Made by a program: the position numbers and the translations under genes. This document shows, piece by piece, positions 9,589 through 20,379 of a stretch of 64,000 nt of DNA. Source of the DNA: an uncultured Acidobacteriota bacterium (GTDB lineage Bacteria > Acidobacteriota > Terriglobia > Acidiferrales > UBA7541); contig CAVSSD010000016.1 of the NCBI GenBank assembly GCA_963730495.1, forward strand, positions 89,076 through 153,075, in the 5' to 3' direction. How positions within the stretch are numbered: the stretch's first letter is position 1; each line of letters begins with the position of its first letter. The notes beneath the pieces were generated by a model. It was not told the DNA's origin and did no database searches. It saw nothing but the letters and a program-made list of their open reading frames with translations.

Positions 9589-10735
9589 AGTTGTCAAAAT
9601 TCCGCCGCATCTCGGAAAGGGAATCCCCTCCAAATTTTTGCAGAAAAGCATCCGCCAGCACAAGTGCGATCATCGCTTCGCCAGCCACGGCGCCCGCCGG
9701 AACGACGCACCAGTCCGAGCGCTCGTAAGCCGCCGAAACTGGCTCCTTGGTTACCATGTCCGCGGTCTGCAGCGCCTGCCGCAGCGTCGAAATGGGTTTC
9801 AGATAGCCGCGAATCACGACGTCTTCTCCATTCGTGATGCCGCCTTCAAGCCCACCCGCGCGATTAGTAGAACGCCGAAAGCGCCGCGCCGCTTTCTCGT
9901 AGAAAATCTCGTCCTGCACTTCGCTGCCGTAAGATCCCGCGGCCGCAACACCCGCACCAATCTCAATCGCTTTGACGGCTTGTACACTCATCAACGCCTG
10001 CGCCAGTCGCCCATCCAGTTTTTCGTCCCACTGCGCATGGCTCCCGAGGCCCACTGGAACGTTGTGGACGACAATTTCAAAAATCCCGCCGACAGTGTTG
10101 CCCGCTTTAAGAGCCGCGTCGACTTCGGCCTTCATTTTTTCCTGCGTAGCGGCATCGACACATCGCAACGGAGAATCCAAATCGGCGCTGACCGCTTGAA
10201 TTTCTTCCCACGAGGCAGCCCGTTCCAGGCGAACGTGCCCAACTTGAATCGTGTGGCTGGCAATCTCCGTCCCAAATTCGCGAAGCAGCAACTTTGCGAA
10301 CGCGCCTGCAGCCACACGCGCCGCAGTTTCCCGAGCGGAAGCGCGTTCCAGCACATAACGCGCATCATGAAAATTAAATTTCTGCGACCCTGCAAGATCC
10401 GCGTGCCCCGGCCGAGGCGCGAGCAGTTTTCTCTCCTTACCCGCAGATTCAGCCGTCGCTTCGACCGGCAAAATCTTCTCCCAATTTGCCCAGTCGCGAT
10501 TTTCAATCCGCAACGCGATCGGCGCGCCAATCGTCTGCCCGTGCCGCACCCCAGCAAAAATATCAGCTCGGTCCTTCTCAATCTTTTGCCGCCCGCCGCG
10601 CCCGTAACCAAGCTGCCGTCGGTGCAGTTCATGATTAATAAAGTTCAGATCGACAGGCAAAGACGCCGGCAGCCCCGAAACAAATGCCAATAGCGCCTGC
10701 CCATGCGATTCACCGGCCGTGTAAAACTTCAGCAT
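9563..10735 (-). CDS. aroC: Chorismate synthase
   Basis: TAGESHG, RPGHAD, ERASARETAAR, GGLEGG. Confidence 0.97.
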   Translation of the reverse strand: MLKFYTAGESHGQALLAFVSGLPASLPVDLNFINHELHRRQLGYGRGGRQKIEKDRADIFAGVRHGQTIGAPIALRIENRDWANWEKILPVEATAESAGKERKLLAPRPGHADLAGSQKFNFHDARYVLERASARETAARVAAGAFAKLLLREFGTEIASHTIQVGHVRLERAASWEEIQAVSADLDSPLRCVDAATQEKMKAEVDAALKAGNTVGGIFEIVVHNVPVGLGSHAQWDEKLDGRLAQALMSVQAVKAIEIGAGVAAAGSYGSEVQDEIFYEKAARRFRRSTNRAGGLEGGITNGEDVVIRGYLKPISTLRQALQTADMVTKEPVSAAYERSDWCVVPAGAVAGEAMIALVLADAFLQKFGGDSLSEMRRNFDNYVRQIEDF

Positions 10736-10863
10736 CTGCGCGAACACCCTCACTCACTCGCAAACTTGAACCAGCGGAACCAAGGAGTTTAACCGTGCAT
10801 GCCCCGTGCGTCCATAGACTGCTCGGCCATCGAGCGGCAGTTTCACCTAATATAATCGAATGC

Positions 10864-11439
10864 TTACGCTCTGCCCTCGGCCTTGACCCGCTCAATCAAA
10901 TGGTTAGCGGGCAGGCGGGGGTTAGCTACCTTTTTGGCGGTTTCCACCCCGACGACTGGCAGCTTGGCCGGATCGAGAAGCCCGATCTGCACCAGCACCG
11001 TAGCCTGATCCCAGTAAATATGCTCATTGGCCAGTTTCCCATCGCGGAAGTGGACAATCACAACCAACGGACACTCCACCCGCTTGCCTGTGGGAGCAAT
11101 TCCCGGAAGCATCCAGTCCATTTCAATCGTGTGGGTAAACTTAAAAATCATTTCGTCCACCAGCCGCTCCGTCCCGATCGTTCGCGAGACGGGAACGATC
11201 TCCGTATCAGGTGGCATCTTGGGGATGAAGTGCTGCGAGTAGAACACTCGTAATTGGTCGAGGCCCACACCGCCGGTCAGCACCGGGATGTGGTTCACGT
11301 ACGCGTCGGGCACCATCGTCTCAAGCGTGGCTTCCGTGTCCCGTGTCGCGAACTCCTCGCCAAGGTGCTTCTCCCAAAGCTCGGTGAGCGACTGCTCAGC
11401 TGGAGTTAGGCGCACTTCTGTACTTTGCTTCTCATTCAT
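10864..11439 (-). CDS. SnoaL-like/ester cyclase (NTF2-fold) protein
   Basis: YVNHIPVLTGG, APTGKRVE, EHIYWDQA pattern. Confidence 0.75.
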   Translation of the reverse strand: MNEKQSTEVRLTPAEQSLTELWEKHLGEEFATRDTEATLETMVPDAYVNHIPVLTGGVGLDQLRVFYSQHFIPKMPPDTEIVPVSRTIGTERLVDEMIFKFTHTIEMDWMLPGIAPTGKRVECPLVVIVHFRDGKLANEHIYWDQATVLVQIGLLDPAKLPVVGVETAKKVANPRLPANHLIERVKAEGRA

Positions 11440-11735
11440 CCTGACTGCCTTTCCGCGTCGCAGATTCGCCCGCAGCTCCGAGCCGCGACATTATAAGGGC
11501 AGCGGCCCGAATCAGGCGAGCCGCTAGCCGAATTTTTCATTGCCACGCCCCGATGTGCCCTCTCGTGCACTTCATTGGGCATCACGCGCTAACTTATAGC
11601 GAAACGCATACAGGAAAGACTGTATAGGCTCTTCCCCGATTCCGTGCAAATGTTCGTCTTCTCTCGGGCAAGCGAACCTCATCTAGGCTTGGCGAGAAAG
11701 CGCCGATTAACGCCTCAAATGCACAGGACCCACTA

Positions 11736-14700
11736 GTGCCATCGCTCCGAATCCTGCTTGTGGATGATCATGACGCCGTCAGAAACGGTGTTCGCGCTTT
11801 GCTGTCTTCGTATGGCAACTGGACCATTTGCGGAGAGGCCAAGGACGGGGTTGAAGCCACTGAAAAAGCAATTCAGCTTCGCCCAGACGTAATATTGATG
11901 GATATTTCCATGCCCCGCATGGACGGACTTCAGGCCACCCGCATCATTCGGCGTGACCTTCCCGCCTGCGACGTGATCATAATCACTCAAAACGACCCTT
12001 CAATCGCTAGCCGACAAGCCGCTGAGGTCGGCGCGAGCGGATTCCTAACAAAGTCTCAACTTCCCGAGGACTTAATACCAGCCCTTGAAAAGCTCAGCTC
12101 TCGACGGAGTTCGGAAGTAGCTCAACAATCTTCACCGGGGACTACCCCGCAGTCAGACGAATTGATGCCCGGCGGTGGCGAATTGGGCGCGCTCATTCAG
12201 CAGTTCGACTGGTCGAAAACGCCTCTTGGCGCCATGGAAGCATGGCCTCAAAGCCTAAAAACGGTCGTACGCGTTTTGCTGACTTCGCGTTTCTCCATGT
12301 GGATGGGTTGGGGACCTGATCTTACGTTCCTCTACAACGACGCTTACGCTCGAATGACTCTTGGCAAGAAGCATCCATGGGCGCTCGGAAAACCCTCCCG
12401 GGAGGTCTGGGCGGAAATCTGGGAGGACATTGGTCCCCGCATTCAGAAAGTCTTGGACAGCGGGGAAGCCACATGGGACGAAGCGCTACTCTTATTTTTG
12501 GAGCGCAGCGGATACCGCGAGGAAACGTATCACACCTTTTCGTACAGTCCCTTGCCTGGAGACGACGGCAAAATCGCGGGTCATCTATGCGTTGTAAGTG
12601 AAGAAACGGAACGGGTCATTGGTGAACGCCGGCTTAAGACTTTGCGTTCACTGGCCACGGAATTGAGCAAGACAATTACCGAGGAGGACGTCCGACAGGC
12701 TGTCGTTAGGTGCCTGGGCGAAAATCAAAAGGACTTACCGTTTACGCTCACATATGTCTTCAGCGCAGACGGAAAGTTCGCACAGCTCGCGTGCCGGACG
12801 GGTATCCCGGAGGAGCATCCCGCCGCGCCTGAAATAATCGAGTCAGCTGCGAAAAACCAGGCTTGGCCAGTCGGTGGGCTCCTGAAGCGCAAGGGTTCAA
12901 TGATCGTGGAGAATCTGGTCGAGCGCTTCGATTCTCTCCCTTCCGGTGCTTGGGACAAGCCACCAGCACGAGCGCTCTTGGTTCCGATCATGAGTCAAGG
13001 CCAGGAGATTCCAGCCGGCGTTATCGTAGCGGGGATCAATCCATATCGTCCGCTTCATGTTAGCTACAGCGGATTTATCGATCTTATTGCTGGGCAGATC
13101 GCAGCCAGCATTGCCAATGCGCGGGCACACGAGTCTGAGAAAAAGCGTGCCGCAGCTCTGGCGGAAATTGACGCTGCGAAAACCACATTTTTCAGCAATG
13201 TGAGCCATGAATTTCGAACTCCCCTCACCCTCATGCTTGGCCCGCTTCAAGATTTGCTATCAAGGAGCCAAACACATCTCTCTCCGCAAGCGAAGGAGCA
13301 ATTGGAGTTGGCGAATCGTAACGGTGCACGCCTGCTGCGCTTGGTGAATACGTTGCTCGATTTTTCTCGCATTGAAGCAGGCCGCGTCCAAGCCGTCTAT
13401 CAGACAACGGATCTGGCAACCTTCACGGCGGAACTAGCCAGCGTCTTTCGCTCGGCGACTGAACGAGCCGGATTGAAATTGGTGGTTGATTGTCGCCCCA
13501 CAAACGAACTGGCCTACATTGACCGTGACATGTGGGAGAAAATTGTCCTCAATCTGGTCTCCAACGCCTTTAAGTTCACGTTTGAAGGGGAGATTGCCGT
13601 TAGCTTGAACCAAGTGGGTCACGCGGCCGAACTTCGCGTGCGCGATACGGGGGTGGGCATTCCTCCGCAAGAGATACCTCGCTTGTTTGATCGTTTTCAC
13701 CGGGTTCCGAACACTCGCAGCCGCACTCATGAAGGTAGCGGAATCGGCCTCGCCTTGGTTCATGAGCTGGTCAAACTGCACGGTGGTTCAATGCAGGTTG
13801 AAAGCACACTTGGACGGGGCACTACGTTTGTGGTGACTGTTCCGTTGGGCGAAGACCATCTGGGGTCTGATCGGATGGTTGGGGATCGCGCGCTGTCTTC
13901 AACCGCTACCGGTGCTGCTCCGTTCGTCGAGGAGGCTCTTGGCTGGTTGCCCGGATCAGACCGCGCTACCAATGCGGCTGAGATCATCACCGACTACGAT
14001 TTAATGGCCGTTCCTTCCCCTCCAACTCCGCGCGATGGCTCTGGCGCCCGTTCGCGCGTGCTAATCGCTGACGACAATGCGGATATGCGGCTGTACCTTT
14101 CGCGGCTGCTCTCTGAACGGTACGACGTGAAAGCCGTTCCCAACGGCCAAGTCGCTCTCGACGCTATTAGAGAACAACTACCTGACTTAGTCCTTAGCGA
14201 TGTGATGATGCCCGAACTCGATGGCTTCGGTTTGTTGCGCGAACTGCGAGCGAACGCCGAGACAAAGACAATTCCGATCATCCTGCTTTCGGCCAGAGCC
14301 GGTGAAGAGTCGCGTGTCGAAGGGTTGGACGCCGGTGCCGACGACTTTCTTGTTAAGCCATTCAGTGCGCGCGAGCTAATCGCTCGAGTGCAATCGCATT
14401 TGCAGCTCGCACGCGTTCGGAGTGAAGCCAACCTTGCGATCCGCCAACTCGCTGAGAGTCTGGAGTCCGAGGTGCAAGCTCGAACAAGAGAACTGGAGCA
14501 ACGAAACTCTGAGGTGCTGGAACAAGCGGAAACGCTGCAAACTCTTTCGCGGAGCCTCATGCACTTGCAGGACGATGAAAGACGGCACATTGCGAGGGAA
14601 TTGCATGACAGCGCGGGTCAGACACTTACTGTGCTAGGCATGAAGCTGGCGGCACTCTCGCAACTCACCAAAAAGCGCGATGCCAATTCTGCGAAGCAAA

Positions 14701-15299
14701 TCTCTGAAATTGAGGAAATTGAAGAAATAGTTCAGCAACTAACTAAAGAAATCCGCACAACATCGTATTTATTGCACCCTCCTTTGTTGGACGAGACTGG
14801 CATTGCTGATGCACTTAAATGGTACGTCGATGGTCTCGCGGGACGCAGTGACTTGAACATCGTCCTCAGATTGCCTGAGGACTTGCCTCGATTCTCTCGC
14901 GACACGGAATTAGTGGTCTTCCGCGTAATACAAGAATGCCTCACAAACATCCACCGCCATTCCGGCAGCAAGAATGCCGTGATTGACCTCAGCTTTTCCG
15001 ATGGAATCATTTCGGTGCAAGTGAGTGACAACGGTAAAGGAATTCCATTCGAAAAACTGTCTGAAATTCAGTCCAACGCCTCAGGTGTCGGCATTCGCGG
15101 AATGCGCGAGCGAGTACGCCAATTGGGCGGCAGGATCAGCATAGCCTCCGACACTTCCGGCACGACCGTTTCATTCACCCTTCCAGCTCCCGTTTTAGTT
15201 CCGAAGCATCAGAGCACTCTGCGCGCGCTCGAAGTAACCGCTCGCCAATCCAGCCCCGCGCCCAGCCACAAACCCGAAAACGTACAAACAGCCGACTAA
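11736..15299 (+). CDS. Hybrid sensor kinase: REC-PAS/GAF-HisKA-HATPase-REC-HisKA_3-HATPase
   Basis: LVDDH...MDISMP receiver, SHEFRTPL H-box, GSGIGL, ADDN...SDVMMP receiver, ARELHDSAGQ H-box, DNGKG. Confidence 0.9.
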   Translation: MPSLRILLVDDHDAVRNGVRALLSSYGNWTICGEAKDGVEATEKAIQLRPDVILMDISMPRMDGLQATRIIRRDLPACDVIIITQNDPSIASRQAAEVGASGFLTKSQLPEDLIPALEKLSSRRSSEVAQQSSPGTTPQSDELMPGGGELGALIQQFDWSKTPLGAMEAWPQSLKTVVRVLLTSRFSMWMGWGPDLTFLYNDAYARMTLGKKHPWALGKPSREVWAEIWEDIGPRIQKVLDSGEATWDEALLLFLERSGYREETYHTFSYSPLPGDDGKIAGHLCVVSEETERVIGERRLKTLRSLATELSKTITEEDVRQAVVRCLGENQKDLPFTLTYVFSADGKFAQLACRTGIPEEHPAAPEIIESAAKNQAWPVGGLLKRKGSMIVENLVERFDSLPSGAWDKPPARALLVPIMSQGQEIPAGVIVAGINPYRPLHVSYSGFIDLIAGQIAASIANARAHESEKKRAAALAEIDAAKTTFFSNVSHEFRTPLTLMLGPLQDLLSRSQTHLSPQAKEQLELANRNGARLLRLVNTLLDFSRIEAGRVQAVYQTTDLATFTAELASVFRSATERAGLKLVVDCRPTNELAYIDRDMWEKIVLNLVSNAFKFTFEGEIAVSLNQVGHAAELRVRDTGVGIPPQEIPRLFDRFHRVPNTRSRTHEGSGIGLALVHELVKLHGGSMQVESTLGRGTTFVVTVPLGEDHLGSDRMVGDRALSSTATGAAPFVEEALGWLPGSDRATNAAEIITDYDLMAVPSPPTPRDGSGARSRVLIADDNADMRLYLSRLLSERYDVKAVPNGQVALDAIREQLPDLVLSDVMMPELDGFGLLRELRANAETKTIPIILLSARAGEESRVEGLDAGADDFLVKPFSARELIARVQSHLQLARVRSEANLAIRQLAESLESEVQARTRELEQRNSEVLEQAETLQTLSRSLMHLQDDERRHIARELHDSAGQTLTVLGMKLAALSQLTKKRDANSAKQISEIEEIEEIVQQLTKEIRTTSYLLHPPLLDETGIADALKWYVDGLAGRSDLNIVLRLPEDLPRFSRDTELVVFRVIQECLTNIHRHSGSKNAVIDLSFSDGIISVQVSDNGKGIPFEKLSEIQSNASGVGIRGMRERVRQLGGRISIASDTSGTTVSFTLPAPVLVPKHQSTLRALEVTARQSSPAPSHKPENVQTAD

Positions 15300-15610
15300 G
15301 CCCGTCGCATCCTAAACGCTGCTGCGTCGACCAGTTGAGCCCGCAGCGTTAAACGTCCAAGTGCCGCGACGGTTCGCTTCGATTACTTCTCGAACGCGGT
15401 TGCAGGATAACTTCCGTGTTGCCGACAAATAGGGAGTCAGGCTAGCTTGGAGATACGGATTGGGAAGGGCTTTGATGGAACTCAGCTCGTTAGCGGGCTA
15501 TTTTTGAAAGTGTCACGAGCGCTCGCCTTCGCTCTAAGTGGAAAACACCCTCCGCAACCCTTGGCGGCCCAAAAAGAGTAACTGACCATACTTCCAAGTG
15601 GGAGACAACT

Positions 15611-16216
15611 ATGTTCGACAGCGTATCCCCGGCGGACAGCGAGCCAATCCGCGTGGTTAATTCGGGCTGGCTGTGGCTGTGGGCGGCCCGGTGCTCTGCC
15701 TTGATTTGCACGATCGCCTTGGGCGTAGGACTTGTAGCTGAGGCTGCGGCTCATGACCCAGTGGTAGCCCTATTCTCTTTTGGTCCCTGGGGTTTCGCTC
15801 AATCTTGCACTGCTCTATCTTTTGTTCCGTAGGGGGAAGAATTCACTGGCATTTGCGCTTGGTCTGGGCGCGGCAATGGCTTTCATTGCCCTGCTCGCAG
15901 TCACCCGTGGTGAGTTGTCGCGAACTAGTGAGGCGCTCCGCCACGCTTTTTTCATACTAGGAATGCTTATTCTGGTTCTGCCACCGTTTGCTCTTATGAT
16001 GGTCAATCCATACTCGGGGCGTTGCTCGGTTGGCTCTTCAGTATCTCTTCGGCAATGCTCGGGTTAAGCAGTATTGTCACATTCCAGAAGATGGCCTACG
16101 AAGCAAAGGGGATGGGGAAACTGCGATTTGCCTTTGGCTCCGGAATATGTTGCACACTTGTCGTTTTGCTGATATTTACGATGCTTGGCTTTTTCTTTTT
16201 CAGCTTCCGCATGTGA
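15611..16216 (+). pseudogene. Multi-pass membrane protein split over three frames
   Basis: Three overlapping hydrophobic ORFs 15611-15832, 15780-16067, 16022-16216; GGGAG before the ATG; errors or decay. Confidence 0.5.
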
Positions 16217-16335
16217 ACTTTCCTTGCCCCAGCAGGCTTCTGACCCACTTGGCCTCTGATCACTACCTTCTTCCAGGAACGGCTCCGAGCACGTTTGCAG
16301 ACCTCGACATAACGACATTTGAAAATTGAAATGAG

Positions 16336-16722
16336 CTAAGAGGTGCTTTGGGTGGAGGGCGTTTGTCTCCGCATCTTGCTCTGCTGGCGGCGGCCAGGGT
16401 GGTTGGGGTCGGTGAATTCGAGCAGTTCGATGGGCGCGCCGTTTTCGACTATGAACGCGACGCGGACGCCGTCGGATGGGCTGTTAGGAGGAATCAGGAT
16501 TTCGCGGCCAGCAAGCTCGGAGGCGAGATCAGCCACTTCAAACGCTACGTGCGGAACGTGCCGAACGAGATCAGGAACCGCTGCGTCCGCTTCGAAACGC
16601 ATCCACTCCACGCCGAATTCGCTTTTCTCGTGGCTGACGACAAAGACTTTCAGGTGTTTCAAGTGGGTCTCCCCAGGCTTCGCTTCGGTAGTGGGAATTC
16701 CGATGTGATGGTACCGGCGCAT
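16336..16722 (-). CDS. VOC/glyoxalase-like protein
   Basis: YHHIGIP, PHVAFEV, GAPIELLE. Confidence 0.75.
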   Translation of the reverse strand: MRRYHHIGIPTTEAKPGETHLKHLKVFVVSHEKSEFGVEWMRFEADAAVPDLVRHVPHVAFEVADLASELAGREILIPPNSPSDGVRVAFIVENGAPIELLEFTDPNHPGRRQQSKMRRQTPSTQSTS

Positions 16723-16877
16723 TGTTTTTCGCTCTCCGTGGAATTGGCACAAATTCTACTCTATCGTTACCGCGCTTGAAACCGCGCCCTCGTGGCCGGA
16801 CCTTTGAGGCACGAAGTCAATTGTACTTCACTGGTTTTGGATCAACATTGCGGCTACAAATTAACTCATCTCTATTT

Positions 16878-16893
16878 CGGCACACGAACTGCG
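16878..16893 (+). promoter_or_regulatory. Putative sigma-54 promoter
   Basis: CGGCAC-ACGAA-CTGC matches the -24/-12 consensus TGGCAC-N5-TTGC with correct spacing, ~120 bp upstream of ORF 17012. Confidence 0.4.
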
Positions 16894-17011
16894 TCTGATT
16901 CTTGCCCGGGAGAAGGTAAGGGTATACCCTCTTGCGTAACACTCCTCGGCACGATCGAGAATACTCATTGGAACGTGGCAACGGCCAAACCGGTGCCCAG
17001 CGGGAACTCAT

Positions 17012-17689
17012 ATGGTCCTGAACCGTACTCCGGCTTTAGTGCCAGTCCTTTTGATGGCGACCGGACTGACGTGCATGGCATGTCTCCGTGCGGGGGCTGA
17101 TGAGCCAAAACCCAAGCCAGAAAACACCATAAGCATCCAGCTCGGAGAACCCGTTCCGCCACAAAAATTTGAGCATCCACCCAAATTCTGGATCTCAGAT
17201 GTCACCGATCGGTCGGGAAACCCGCAACCCATGCTGGTCATGAAAGAGCGCGGCGGCTTGTTCCTGGACAAACAGCCGACGTTGATCGTTAAGCAAGCAA
17301 TCGAGCAGTCCCTGAAAGGGGCGAACTTGCTGGCGGCCGATCAGGAATCTGCGGATCTTGTCCTGCGCGTGTACCTGTTTCACTTCGGTTTGGCCGCTGG
17401 GTCCGGGCTCGACTTTTTCGGCAAAGTGGAGTTCTCGACTATAGTCAAAAACATAAAGACCGGTGAGTCGCAAGAAGTGAAAGCCGTGGGAACCTCCATC
17501 ACCAAAGGCGCAATGCGCAAGAAGAGCATGCAGAAGAATGTGGAAGAGGATATTGAAGAGGCCCTGCATGATGCCACGCGGAATTTTCTGCGCGGAACGC
17601 AACTGAAGGAAGCGGTGGAGGCGTTATCCAAGGGAGTGGGAGTGATGCCAGCGGCAGCGCCTGGCGGCGGGAAACCGCCTTCGAAGTAA
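17012..17689 (+). CDS. Exported hypothetical protein (YajG-lipoprotein-like)
   Basis: Signal peptide, alpha/beta pattern with V.D.R and ADLVLRVYL; family call tentative. Confidence 0.55.
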   Translation: MVLNRTPALVPVLLMATGLTCMACLRAGADEPKPKPENTISIQLGEPVPPQKFEHPPKFWISDVTDRSGNPQPMLVMKERGGLFLDKQPTLIVKQAIEQSLKGANLLAADQESADLVLRVYLFHFGLAAGSGLDFFGKVEFSTIVKNIKTGESQEVKAVGTSITKGAMRKKSMQKNVEEDIEEALHDATRNFLRGTQLKEAVEALSKGVGVMPAAAPGGGKPPSK

Positions 17690-17752
17690 GATCTCCGTAG
17701 CGGCGCGGCCGGTGAACAAATTCAGGCAGACCTCAAATGGAGGCAAGTCGCA

Positions 17753-18265
17753 ATGCGTATCTTAATGGTGGCAGCGGTTGTGGCAATCCTTGCGGTGGGT
17801 GCCTCGGCGAAACCCAAGGAGGAAACGCCGCAGTATAAGACTGCGGAAGCCAAACACTTCACAACGGCGGAAGGAGTCGAGCTGAGTCCCGCTTTCGTAG
17901 ACTATTTTTATGCCGAGCTGCGCGCCGAACTCACCAAGGCCAAGCTCGTGAACGAAGTCATTGGCGAGGGAGAAACAGTGGAAGATGCAGACGCTCCCAA
18001 ATCACTCTTGATCAGCGGCACGATCACGGAATACAAAAAGGGAAGCGTCGTGAAGAGCGCCCTCATCGGCTTTGGCGCCGGCTTCAAAAGCCTAAGTATG
18101 GACGCCGACGTGGTTAGGCGAAGCGACAAGCAAAACTTGTGCGTCTTGCACGTACATGTAAAGGTTGATCCGAGGTGGAACGAAAAAGTCATGGCAAAAG
18201 GCGCCGCCCACCAGATGGTGAAAGAAATGAAGAAAGCTCTGGCTGAGGGAACGAAACCCGCCTGA
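17753..18265 (+). CDS. Exported DUF4410-like protein
   Basis: Signal peptide, ISGTITEYKKGS...LIGFGAG motif; GGAGG RBS. Confidence 0.65.
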   Translation: MRILMVAAVVAILAVGASAKPKEETPQYKTAEAKHFTTAEGVELSPAFVDYFYAELRAELTKAKLVNEVIGEGETVEDADAPKSLLISGTITEYKKGSVVKSALIGFGAGFKSLSMDADVVRRSDKQNLCVLHVHVKVDPRWNEKVMAKGAAHQMVKEMKKALAEGTKPA

Positions 18266-18284
18266 AGTGTTGAAGGACGTTCTC

Positions 18285-19682
18285 ATGAGGAAGATTTCAC
18301 TTCGCCGCGCTACCACGATTGGACTCGTCCTAACATTTTGCTTCGACTGTTTGGCTCTGAACGAAGCGGCTTCTGTCACCAAGATGAAGCTGCACGGCTA
18401 CCTCACGGGCCGAGCAGATGAAAACACCCTGTTGATTCTGGAAGACCGCATCGAGCTCACGCCTGCAAGCCGAATCCTCAGCAAGAGTGCCGCGGGCGAG
18501 CATTCCTTCAATCAACAAGAGCTCTCTCCAGGAATGTTGGCGGAAGCGGAAGGGCAGTGGCTGGACAAGCACCGGTTTTTTGCGGAAAAACTAACAGTCG
18601 AGCTTGAAGAAGATGGGAAGAAAATCCACGGCTCCGCGTACCTGCAGGAAGAACCTGCGGATTCTGCAAAAATTGCCGCCGGAGGACCAAGCGAGCTGAA
18701 GCTGGATGGCTACCGGCTTGCCCTTAGCAGCAATACAAAGCGCGCGTGGAACCCGGCGAAAGCGAGCGAAGGTCTGGCCGCAAAGACGCCCGCGGAAAAT
18801 GGCGCGCTCGCGGGTTACCATGTGAAATATTCGGGGATGCGGCGCAAAGACGGACGGATCGAGGCGGAAGAAGTGGATTTAGGTCCTCCCGCTTCCGCCG
18901 ACGACTACAAGATGCCACATAACCTGGAGATCGTCCCCGCCAAGGACGCCTTGACGGGAATCGACGTCCTCGAGTTTCGGCAAGGCATAAAGGTCCAAGG
19001 GCGAATGAAGCTGCTCGCGGAGCGAACTGTTCAAGAGTATGTTTCGCACCTCGGCGATTCTTTGATCCCGGAAGGCGCGAATGGAACCAGGCAGCCCATT
19101 GAATTTCGCTTTTTTGTTGTGGAAGACCCGGAAATCAATGCCGCGTCGTTGCCGGACGGAACCCTGCTGATCAATACGGGTTTGCTGGGCGCGGTCCAGA
19201 ATGAAGCGCAACTCGCCTTTGTTTTGAGCCACGAAATGGCTCACGTGCTACAAGTGCACTATCGGCGCGAAGTGGAGGAGACACGCGGGACGCGCGTCGG
19301 ATTGACGATCGCGGGGCTCGCTGCAGGCGCGTTCATCGGAAACGCCGGAATTTTCATGGCGCAAATTGGAATCGCCTCCGCGGTCAACGGCCACCAGCGA
19401 GAACTCGAAAATCAAGCGGACCGGCTTGGCCTGCAAAACGTCATCGAACACGGATACGATCCGTGCGAGGCGGCCAACTTTTCGCGTATCATCATCGATC
19501 GCCACGGCGACCGCACCACCAGCAAGCTTTGGTCGAATCATGAATCCAGCGTTCTTCGGGGTAGCTTTATGACCGTCCAGTTGATGCGTGAATATCCTGA
19601 AGGGCGATGGGACGGAACGAAGAAAAATACTCCCGCGTTTCAGTCAATGAAAGACGACCTGGGCCCCGTAAAAATCATGTAA
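18285..19682 (+). CDS. M48 family metalloprotease with N-terminal DUF5666-like domains
   Basis: INAASLPDG, HEMAH zinc motif, ELENQADRLG. Confidence 0.85.
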   Translation: MRKISLRRATTIGLVLTFCFDCLALNEAASVTKMKLHGYLTGRADENTLLILEDRIELTPASRILSKSAAGEHSFNQQELSPGMLAEAEGQWLDKHRFFAEKLTVELEEDGKKIHGSAYLQEEPADSAKIAAGGPSELKLDGYRLALSSNTKRAWNPAKASEGLAAKTPAENGALAGYHVKYSGMRRKDGRIEAEEVDLGPPASADDYKMPHNLEIVPAKDALTGIDVLEFRQGIKVQGRMKLLAERTVQEYVSHLGDSLIPEGANGTRQPIEFRFFVVEDPEINAASLPDGTLLINTGLLGAVQNEAQLAFVLSHEMAHVLQVHYRREVEETRGTRVGLTIAGLAAGAFIGNAGIFMAQIGIASAVNGHQRELENQADRLGLQNVIEHGYDPCEAANFSRIIIDRHGDRTTSKLWSNHESSVLRGSFMTVQLMREYPEGRWDGTKKNTPAFQSMKDDLGPVKIM

Positions 19683-20013
19683 CGGAGCTCCGGTTTTGGG
19701 AGTTACTCGACCTCGCGCGAGCTGCAGACGCCCTTGGCACAGGCTGCCAAAAAACCTCGCTCGCACTTCGGTTGCAAGCGACTGCTCAACCTGACAAGTG
19801 AGGCAATTCTTTACATAGCGCGATTGAGATTGCAAAATATGAACACAAGCAAGCCAGGGTGGAGCTCCTCAAAGAGCTTAAGCTAGTCCAGCTCAAAATT
19901 CTCCTGCTCCAGGCTCTGTTCACCACGAGTGGAAAGATGTCTGGGAATCCCTGATAGGCGGGAGACTCTAGACATCGCAAGTCGCTGTTGCTGGCTGCCA
20001 TCCAATTCGACAC

Positions 20014-20379
20014 TCAAGCAGTTGCCGCGGCCGATTCGCCGAAGGACCTAACGGCCGCAGCTTCGTCTTCCCTAACGTCAAAGACTGTGTGCAGCTTAAA
20101 AAGCTGCATAACGGCCCATACTCTTTTCGTAGGATTGAGCAGCTTTAAGTCCCCTCGTCGCTTTCTCACGCTAACCAAGGAACCAATCAGGTACGCGAAG
20201 CCTGCGCTGTCGATGGAATTGACGCCGGCGAGATTAAGCAGAATCCGAGTATGTCCCGGGCTTAGCAGGTCGCTGATTAAATTTCTCAGTGAGGTACATT
20301 CTTCACCGAGGACAATCTCTCCACTGATGTCCACAATTGTGACGAAATCTACTTGTCGGATTGTCGTGGTCATTTTCAT
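20014..20379 (-). CDS. STAS-domain anti-sigma-factor antagonist
   Basis: ILLNLAGVNSIDSAG phospho-Ser motif, GDLKLL. Confidence 0.9.
   Translation of the reverse strand: MKMTTTIRQVDFVTIVDISGEIVLGEECTSLRNLISDLLSPGHTRILLNLAGVNSIDSAGFAYLIGSLVSVRKRRGDLKLLNPTKRVWAVMQLFKLHTVFDVREDEAAAVRSFGESAAATA

Noticed and set aside
9509-10693. 394-aa plus-strand ORF
   Set aside because: Antisense shadow of aroC in GC-rich DNA
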